Part shown: piece by piece, positions 57,814-64,000 of the stretch
Layout of the letters: every line of letters starts with the position of its first letter
Position numbering within the stretch: the stretch's first letter is position 1
Assembly: GCA_964645485.1 (NCBI GenBank)
Contig: CAZXZO010000007.1
Location: 12,609 to 76,608, forward strand
DNA from: an uncultured Candidatus Poseidoniales archaeon
GTDB lineage: Archaea; Thermoplasmatota; Poseidoniia; Poseidoniales; Thalassarchaeaceae
Direction of reading: 5' to 3'
DNA length: 64,000 nucleotides
Translations under genes and position numbers: made by a program
The notes under the pieces: generated by a model
Told to the model about the DNA's origin: nothing
The model's input: only the letters and a program-made list of their open reading frames with translations
The model's database searches: none

Positions 57814-58608
57814 CTGGTTAATTGGTCAAATATCATTGGTCGTGTTTCGTTCGTCAATTGTGACCCATTATTCCATAAATTACCCAAAGAGTGGTCAGTT
57901 CTCCCTGCCCCTCCAGCATGGTTAACAGGGCATTTACTCAGGAAAGATTGTCTTGTAGCGCCCATTCCAGTAGCAGATTATGCTACTAATTCTACAGAAT
58001 TAATTTTACTTCCTGATATCGGAATTGCATCTGAAGGACCAGTTGGTAGTGTGTTGTTATTCAGCAATAAAGAATTGGACCAAATTGCAGATATTGCTTT
58101 ACCTACAGATTCATCCACATCGAGTAAATTGGCATTATACCTCTTGGCGCGATTAGGAATCCACCCAGATACGGTTGATATGGGGCCAGACCTTGATGAA
58201 ATGTTATCAAAGTGTGATGCTGCATTATTGATTGGAGATAGGGCTTTAGACGAAGCACAGCGCAATCCAGAGTTAGTAAAGATTGACCTTGGTGAAGAAT
58301 GGCAGAAACAAACTGGCCTTCCAATGGTGTTTGGAGTCTTCGCTGCCCCTATTTCTGCCCCAATCAAAAATTTAGAACAAGCCCATACTGATTTATTCGA
58401 TAATGCAATCAAATTCAGAGATGATAACCAAAGGAAACAAGATGTGATTCAAGAAACGGTGATTAGGAGTGGATTTTCAAACCCAAGAATCACTAGATAT
58501 TTCAATGAAGTAACCAATATACTGACTGAAGATTCTGTTCGTGGATTAGAATTTTTCCTTTCAGAAGTTTGTGGATTAGAGACTGAAATTAAATGGTTAG
58601 ATATTTAA
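57814..58608 (+). CDS. mqnA: Chorismate dehydratase (futalosine pathway)
   Basis: Frame open from 57802: GRVSFVNCDPL, IAS.GPVGSVLL, S.TS..L, LLIGDRAL, DLGEEW...TGLPMVF.VF. The ORF track starts too late (58051); inferred CTG start at 57814. Confidence 0.85.
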   Translation: MVNWSNIIGRVSFVNCDPLFHKLPKEWSVLPAPPAWLTGHLLRKDCLVAPIPVADYATNSTELILLPDIGIASEGPVGSVLLFSNKELDQIADIALPTDSSTSSKLALYLLARLGIHPDTVDMGPDLDEMLSKCDAALLIGDRALDEAQRNPELVKIDLGEEWQKQTGLPMVFGVFAAPISAPIKNLEQAHTDLFDNAIKFRDDNQRKQDVIQETVIRSGFSNPRITRYFNEVTNILTEDSVRGLEFFLSEVCGLETEIKWLDI

Positions 58609-60977
58609 TTTGATTTGCGTCGTTTGACTTTTCTTCTTTTCTTCTTCTTTGTATCTTCTTCTACTCCAGTAGAAGGTGTGTCAGATACAGTAGATTTTGT
58701 TGAATCCTTTATCATTGAAAGTGCAGCTTTGATATCTGATTCTTTATCATCATTAGTTGATTCGGATTCATTCACAGCGGTCTCAGACGCAACTTCTTGA
58801 GCAATTTCCAAAATTGCTATATCTGCTTGGTGGAATTCCTGTGCTTCCCCGTAAGGGTCTGCAGAATCAGGGTCGTCTTTGTCCCAGTATGCACCATGGT
58901 CTGAATAATCCCATTGTTCTCCTTCAGGTGCCTCACCGCTTTGTGTGGTTGAGCCAGGTACTCTCTTTACCCTTCGAACGGATGGTTCATCTGTGGGTCG
59001 CTTTGCCGGTTGTCTCCTTTGTACAGTCGGTTCTTGGGGCCTATGTACTGGTTGTGGCCTTCCTGTTGAAGAGACAATTTCGGGTGTATTCTTTCTTTTT
59101 GTTGACCTTCTTCTAGATGTGACTTCCTTGAAATCTTCATCATCATCATCCAAATCAAATAACAACCTGTTTCTTCTCCGTGTTACTAATATTATTATTA
59201 ATGAAAATCCAACAATTATACTAATTGGAATAAAATAATTTTGTTCTATCCATGATATCGATTTCTCCAAAAAGGTTGGTTCAGGTTCTGGAGGTGCTTC
59301 TATGTTGATTGTCATAACAGGACTATTACCATGAATAGGGGATTGATAGAAAACAGTATCACCACCGTGGCTTAAGGTGAAGGAAAATGGTGAGTTCGGC
59401 GTAATTTGAGCAGCTGTATTGGATGGTGGGGAAACAGACGGGTTGAAGGTCATATTGAAGGGTCTAGGAATGTTATTGGACATGGTTATTTCAATGAACC
59501 AACGTAGTTCAATACGAGTTCTAGAATCGTGTTTTTCAGTATCAATCAATCCTAATTTAGCATCACACCTTACAGTAGTGTCAATAATTGCGGAATTGTC
59601 AATTTTGACTGCAGCGTTCCAATCTGAATTAATTTGATTTGCATTAGTTCCACTACAGAACATTCTTTCCATCTTAATTGCTTCACCTTGACTGACTACT
59701 CCATCAGATGATACAGAGGAGGAGGCTAATTCCCTAATAGGCGCACTCATGCTGGAATTCAACTGATACCTATCTTGAATAGAAATCTTGTTGCGGTTAA
59801 TTGTGATTCCAACTTGTCGGATTAAATTCGGGTCGGGGTGGATGTGACAATCACTTCCTTCAGCACATGAGAATTCAAAATCGTCACCTAAACCATCACC
59901 ATCATCATCCCCATCGTAATTGTCTGGGGTTCCATCTCCATCGATGTCTGAACCTGGTAATCCAAAGTAAGGTTGCCACGCATTCTCGCTGAACGCTGAA
60001 ATGATACCTGTATTGGTGGTAACCATGAATTCTGAGATAATTGGAGACTTTGCAAATTTTGTAACTTGATGACCTAACTCAAAAGTTTTGATGGTAGAAT
60101 AATCCGTTGCATTGAAAATTGTCATTAATTCAGTAGAAGATTCAATTAAAACCCATAATTCATCACCATTCTCTGCCCATTCTAACTGGAATGCTGTCCC
60201 TACCAAATTTAGGGTAGTGATGAATTCACCACTAGGGACAGAGCGAACTTGGAGTAGAGAATTCGTAATCCAAGCCAATTGGCTGCCATCAGGGGATAAG
60301 GAACAATCTGTAATACTGAAACCTACTTGCCAAGTTACATCAACTTCGGCAGATGATCTATTCCAAAGGAACACATTGCCATCCTTCCCACCTGTAACTA
60401 ATTGCTGTCCATTTGGTGAATGGTCTAGACAAGTTATATCTGAGGTGTGTTGCCCGTCGTAAGTTGTAATCGCATTGGTGGAGTCTTCAATATAATACTC
60501 TGAAACACCGTTGTTTTCATTAGCAGAAGCAAATATAGAAGAATTCGATAGTATCGAAATATCAGTGACTTCCTTTCCATCCTCATTTACACCTATACGT
60601 GCCCAATTTGTAGTATCGTATACAGCCATGGCTAAAGTGCTCATAAATGGGCTTTCAAGGCCTACAAGCAGAGCAGAATCATCATTAGAAAACGCCAGCG
60701 ATAAAATCTTATTTCCAATACTAATATCTTTGATAAAAGTACGATATTGAGAATTTAGTATTACCACATTAGAATTGAATGCAACTGCAATCAATCCTCC
60801 ATCATTTGAATATGTTATTTCAGAAGACCCGGATAATGAATAAGGATTTTGTAGGCTTCCACTAAAAGGATAATTTTCCTCTGTTCCTGCTTTCACCTCA
60901 GGCAAAACTGGCATGTATGAGAGCAATAATATTAGGCATATGAAAATCCCGATGAAAGTGGGTGAGGTTTTCCTCAT
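58605..60977 (-). CDS. Secreted WD40 beta-propeller protein with Ca-binding DxDGDG repeat, one TM helix and a long disordered tail
   Basis: Signal-like N-terminus, WD repeats (HTSDITCLDHSPNGQQLVTGGKDGNVFLW), DIDGDGTPDNYDGDDDGDG, TM at FIPISIIVGFSLIIILV. Confidence 0.78.
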   Translation of the reverse strand: MRKTSPTFIGIFICLILLLSYMPVLPEVKAGTEENYPFSGSLQNPYSLSGSSEITYSNDGGLIAVAFNSNVVILNSQYRTFIKDISIGNKILSLAFSNDDSALLVGLESPFMSTLAMAVYDTTNWARIGVNEDGKEVTDISILSNSSIFASANENNGVSEYYIEDSTNAITTYDGQHTSDITCLDHSPNGQQLVTGGKDGNVFLWNRSSAEVDVTWQVGFSITDCSLSPDGSQLAWITNSLLQVRSVPSGEFITTLNLVGTAFQLEWAENGDELWVLIESSTELMTIFNATDYSTIKTFELGHQVTKFAKSPIISEFMVTTNTGIISAFSENAWQPYFGLPGSDIDGDGTPDNYDGDDDGDGLGDDFEFSCAEGSDCHIHPDPNLIRQVGITINRNKISIQDRYQLNSSMSAPIRELASSSVSSDGVVSQGEAIKMERMFCSGTNANQINSDWNAAVKIDNSAIIDTTVRCDAKLGLIDTEKHDSRTRIELRWFIEITMSNNIPRPFNMTFNPSVSPPSNTAAQITPNSPFSFTLSHGGDTVFYQSPIHGNSPVMTINIEAPPEPEPTFLEKSISWIEQNYFIPISIIVGFSLIIILVTRRRNRLLFDLDDDDEDFKEVTSRRRSTKRKNTPEIVSSTGRPQPVHRPQEPTVQRRQPAKRPTDEPSVRRVKRVPGSTTQSGEAPEGEQWDYSDHGAYWDKDDPDSADPYGEAQEFHQADIAILEIAQEVASETAVNESESTNDDKESDIKAALSMIKDSTKSTVSDTPSTGVEEDTKKKKRRKVKRRKSN
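59870..59950 (-). repeat. Thrombospondin type-3-like DxDGDG Ca-binding repeat within the WD40 protein
   Basis: DIDGDGTPDNYDGDDDGDGLGDDFE. Confidence 0.7.
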
Positions 60978-61031
60978 CGGTACTGCGAATACGGATTCAG
61001 CCAAAGAATTATCCTATTAAATGTTTAATTT

Positions 61032-61526
61032 TCACTCATATTCCAAGGAGTCGTTTGTAGTCCATTCCAACAAATCAAGAGCAACTTCACATGATTCTGA
61101 AACAATAACGCAGTCATCATTCAGATATTGTTTCAATACACCTAATGACCTAGTGTCTCCAATTGCACCCAATGCTTCGGCAGCTTCGTGCCGTACAATT
61201 GAATCTTCTTCCCCATCAGCTAATCTTTCAATTAATGCATCTATAGCATAACTATCCTGCATCTGCCCTAAAACATAAGCAACCTCATGTTTCAGTAGTA
61301 CGGATGCACTTGCAAAACTGGCGACTAAAGCATCTATTGCTTCTTGGCCTCCAATATTCCTCAATGTAAAAAGGGCCCTCATACGTTGAAACATTCTTGA
61401 GTTCTCATCACACAATACAGACCGAAGTTCTCCTATTGACCTATTCTTACTCGGTGGTGCTGGGTCGACCGAGTCGTACTCTTTATCCTCGGGCGAATTC
61501 TGTTGTTCATCTTCAACTGGCATCAT
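61032..61526 (-). CDS. Half-size deoxyhypusine hydroxylase-like HEAT-repeat protein
   Basis: YDSVDPAPP, RALFTLRNIGG, LLKHEVAYVLGQMQD, VRHEAAEALGAIG and ESCEVALD; two His-Glu motifs. Confidence 0.85.
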   Translation of the reverse strand: MMPVEDEQQNSPEDKEYDSVDPAPPSKNRSIGELRSVLCDENSRMFQRMRALFTLRNIGGQEAIDALVASFASASVLLKHEVAYVLGQMQDSYAIDALIERLADGEEDSIVRHEAAEALGAIGDTRSLGVLKQYLNDDCVIVSESCEVALDLLEWTTNDSLEYE

Positions 61527-62383
61527 TATGCACCAATAAATTCTATTGATTTAGGGTCAAAACTCTGATTAATCATCCCAATTTGTTTACCTTCTGTTAG
61601 GAATTTTACAATACTTTCCCGGCCGTCATCACCAAAATCAATAGTTCTCGAATTTACATACATTTGGACGAATTTGGAATTTGTTTCTTCATCAATTCCA
61701 CGACCCCATTGCCTGGCAAATTTCAATGCTTCATCAGGATTCAAAATTGCGATTTCAATACTTTGTTTGACCCAATCTGTGATTTTGTCACACAATTCTG
61801 GCCCTAAATCCTTCCTGACAACGTTTCCACCTAATGGCAAAGGAAGTCCGTTTGTCCTTTCATTCCACCATATCCCTAAATCTAGAAGTAAATTCATGCC
61901 ATGAGATTCCCAGGTTAACTGCCCTTCATGAATAATAACTCCACTGGCAAATTCACCGGCTTGAATACGTGGCATGATTTCGTCAAAAGGAACAATAACA
62001 GTCTCAACATCACCAACAGCCATCTTCAATGCTAAATGGGCGGATGTCTTTAGTCCGGGAATCGCAATTGGTTTGGAACACGCTTCTGCTAAGGTCATAG
62101 GTTGTGAAGATACAAGCATTGGGCCGTAACCTTCACCCATGCTCGCACCACAATTCATCAAAGAATATTTATCAGAAATTTCTGGAAATGCGTGGATACT
62201 TACAGCACTAACTTCATACTCTTCAGCAATTGCTTTTTTGTTGAGAGTCTCAATATCTAATAGAACATGCTCAAATTTAAATCCTGGTGTATCAATTATT
62301 CCCGTTGTTAACGCATGGAACATAAATGCATCATCTGGGTCAGGAGAATGTCCGACTCGCACAACCCGTTCTTCATCACTCAT
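61526..62383 (-). CDS. mqnD: 1,4-dihydroxy-6-naphthoate synthase
   Basis: VGHSPDPDDAFMF, DIETLN, GASMGEGYGP, IIHEGQ and LPLPLGGN. Likely ATG at 62383. Confidence 0.92.
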   Translation of the reverse strand: MSDEERVVRVGHSPDPDDAFMFHALTTGIIDTPGFKFEHVLLDIETLNKKAIAEEYEVSAVSIHAFPEISDKYSLMNCGASMGEGYGPMLVSSQPMTLAEACSKPIAIPGLKTSAHLALKMAVGDVETVIVPFDEIMPRIQAGEFASGVIIHEGQLTWESHGMNLLLDLGIWWNERTNGLPLPLGGNVVRKDLGPELCDKITDWVKQSIEIAILNPDEALKFARQWGRGIDEETNSKFVQMYVNSRTIDFGDDGRESIVKFLTEGKQIGMINQSFDPKSIEFIGA

Positions 62384-62499
62384 GTGATGGGGCGACAGCA
62401 ATTGATTTGTGAACTTTATGCATAAATTATCTGAGAATTTTAACCACTCAATGAACAGGCTCAAAGACTTGACTCCCCCACCCATGTTTAGGTAGTATC

Positions 62500-62694
62500 A
62501 TGCCAGATGTCTCAAGATTAGGAATTCACTCAGGGGAAATAGGGCCAATTTGCGACTTTTGTGGCGCAAGACTCACATTTGGCGAATCATTGCCAATAGA
62601 CGATAAATTTTCATGCTTTGATTGCTATAAATCAGAAACTGGTACAATACCTTCCTCAGATGGTAAAGCCGTGTCAGGATTGCCAATGGACTAA
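62500..62694 (+). CDS. Small zinc-finger protein
   Basis: 64 aa with CDFC-x17-CFDC; fills the gap before priS. Confidence 0.6.
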   Translation: MPDVSRLGIHSGEIGPICDFCGARLTFGESLPIDDKFSCFDCYKSETGTIPSSDGKAVSGLPMD

Positions 62695-62739
62695 TCGCGT
62701 CGTTCAAGTGCCGTGGTGCTTTAGGGTGCTGTGATATAG

Positions 62740-63957
62740 ATGGTTGAGAGTAATTGGGCCCGTGCTGCCCACCGCTTTTCGAAGTGGTATTCTCAAATTG
62801 GAGAATCGGACTTCTGGTTTCCTCCAAGATTAAGGACAAGAGAATGTATGTTTCAGATGTGGTCATCGAATTTATTTGATCGACATATCAATTTTGATAC
62901 TCCAAAAAATGTGTTAAATTACTTACATCAAAGAGGACCTAAGAGTTGTTTTTATTCAACTGCATATTACGGTAAACCGTTAGAGAGGAAAATGGCAGAT
63001 AAAGACTGGAAGGGGGCTGATTTAATCTTTGATTTAGACGGGGACCACCTTGACCACGTGGACCCATATAATTTTCCAGAAATGCTTGAAATCATACAAT
63101 TACAGACTCACGATTTATGGGAGGATTTTCTTTCTACTGAATTTGGATTTAAAGAACAATATTTGCACGTTACTTTTTCAGGTCACAGGGGATTCCATCT
63201 CCACTATAGGGACCCTAATATTTTGGGTTTAGATAGTTCCGCGAGAAGAGAACTCGTGAACTATATTAGAGGTGAAGGGGTTGAAGTTAGTGCGCTCATG
63301 AATAATAGTGGCGATGGGGGTTGGAAAACTAGATTAGAAGATGGGACAATCAACATTTTGAACAAGTTAGATATAGCCTTTCAAGATAATACAGAAGGAA
63401 ATAAAATGACTAAAGAACTCTGTAAAATTATTGAATTGAGGGCTAAATCTCCTAGTAGTCCAGTTGCAAAATGCGGCACACAAAAAATGAAAACACTTGC
63501 GGAGAAGGTCCAACATCCGCAACGACGGGAAACAATCCTCAGTGGTACTTACAATGTACTGGGTGGTACAAAGAATCAGTATGCACATTTATTTCTTGAA
63601 CTTGTAAAAGGTGACCGTTCATTCATAGTTGGCAAAGCCGGTGAAACTGATGAGGCAGTTACGGTTGATATCAAGAGGCAAATTCGTTGGCCAAACAGCC
63701 TTAATGGAAAGTGTGGATTAAAGGTAGTAACTCTGCCTTTAGACCGATTACATCCTGATGGTAGTAATGCATTTGATGCTCTTAATGAGGCATTACCAAG
63801 GTTCGATGATAACACTAGAGAGTTAGAAATAATTACTGAACGTTGTGTACTCAGATTGGGTGGCGAGGAGAAAGAGTTCAGTCAAGGTGATACATTAGTT
63901 GCGGAATCAAATATCGATACGTTTTTGACTCTTAAGGGATGGGCTAAGCCAATTTGA
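62740..63957 (+). CDS. priS: DNA primase catalytic (small) subunit
   Basis: F.STAYY..P, W.GADLIFDLDGD, FSGHRGFHLH, D..VT.D..R.IR.P.SL.GK.GL. Confidence 0.95.
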   Translation: MVESNWARAAHRFSKWYSQIGESDFWFPPRLRTRECMFQMWSSNLFDRHINFDTPKNVLNYLHQRGPKSCFYSTAYYGKPLERKMADKDWKGADLIFDLDGDHLDHVDPYNFPEMLEIIQLQTHDLWEDFLSTEFGFKEQYLHVTFSGHRGFHLHYRDPNILGLDSSARRELVNYIRGEGVEVSALMNNSGDGGWKTRLEDGTINILNKLDIAFQDNTEGNKMTKELCKIIELRAKSPSSPVAKCGTQKMKTLAEKVQHPQRRETILSGTYNVLGGTKNQYAHLFLELVKGDRSFIVGKAGETDEAVTVDIKRQIRWPNSLNGKCGLKVVTLPLDRLHPDGSNAFDALNEALPRFDDNTRELEIITERCVLRLGGEEKEFSQGDTLVAESNIDTFLTLKGWAKPI

Positions 63958-64000
63958 CGTAGTAAAACTACGTAGGCAGAGTTTTTCAGATTAAGCCAAT

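Noticed and set aside
57780-57815. Programmed frameshift fusing mqnE and mqnA
   Set aside because: mqnE stops at 57797 and the mqnA frame has TAG at 57799-57801, so the two frames do not overlap openly.
61032-61526. Generic PBS-lyase HEAT protein, or the broken half of a full DOHH gene
   Set aside because: The DPAPP linker and both HE motifs are DOHH-specific, and the upstream sequence is an intact mqnD coupled by TAATG.
1-64000. CRISPR array, integrase or transposase
   Set aside because: No regularly spaced repeats or mobile-element motifs were seen by eye; short dispersed repeats could have been missed.

Overview
Gene-dense, AT-rich archaeal chromosome segment. It carries archaeal-type GlyRS/ProRS, TiaS, TrmY, RFC-L, SRP54, EF-2, proteasome alpha, exosome, PriS and an archaeosortase. 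The gene set and style suggest a marine Thermoplasmatota, probably Marine Group II/III (inference, not a database result). Most of the window is housekeeping: the proteasome-exosome superoperon, an interrupted S12-S7-EF2 cluster, Trk K+ uptake, isoprenoid genes (IPK, IDI1-GGPPS fusion, UbiD), futalosine menaquinone genes (mqnE, mqnA, mqnD), split transketolase, an OPT transporter and a P-type ATPase. I found no tRNA, rRNA, CRISPR array or mobile element. Main leads: (1) a 164-aa half-size deoxyhypusine hydroxylase (DOHH)-like protein that mixes features of both halves of the eukaryotic enzyme; (2) a MamK/Salactin-like actin next to an unknown double-zinc-ribbon protein; (3) a bacterial-type delta-9 fatty-acyl desaturase between rps7 and EF-2; (4) a 1764-aa Lhr helicase with two glycosylase-like C-terminal modules; (5) gmhA-gmhB heptose genes divergent from the archaeosortase; (6) an mqnA that appears to need a CTG start. 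All family assignments come from motif recognition and recalled reference sequences; no searches were run.
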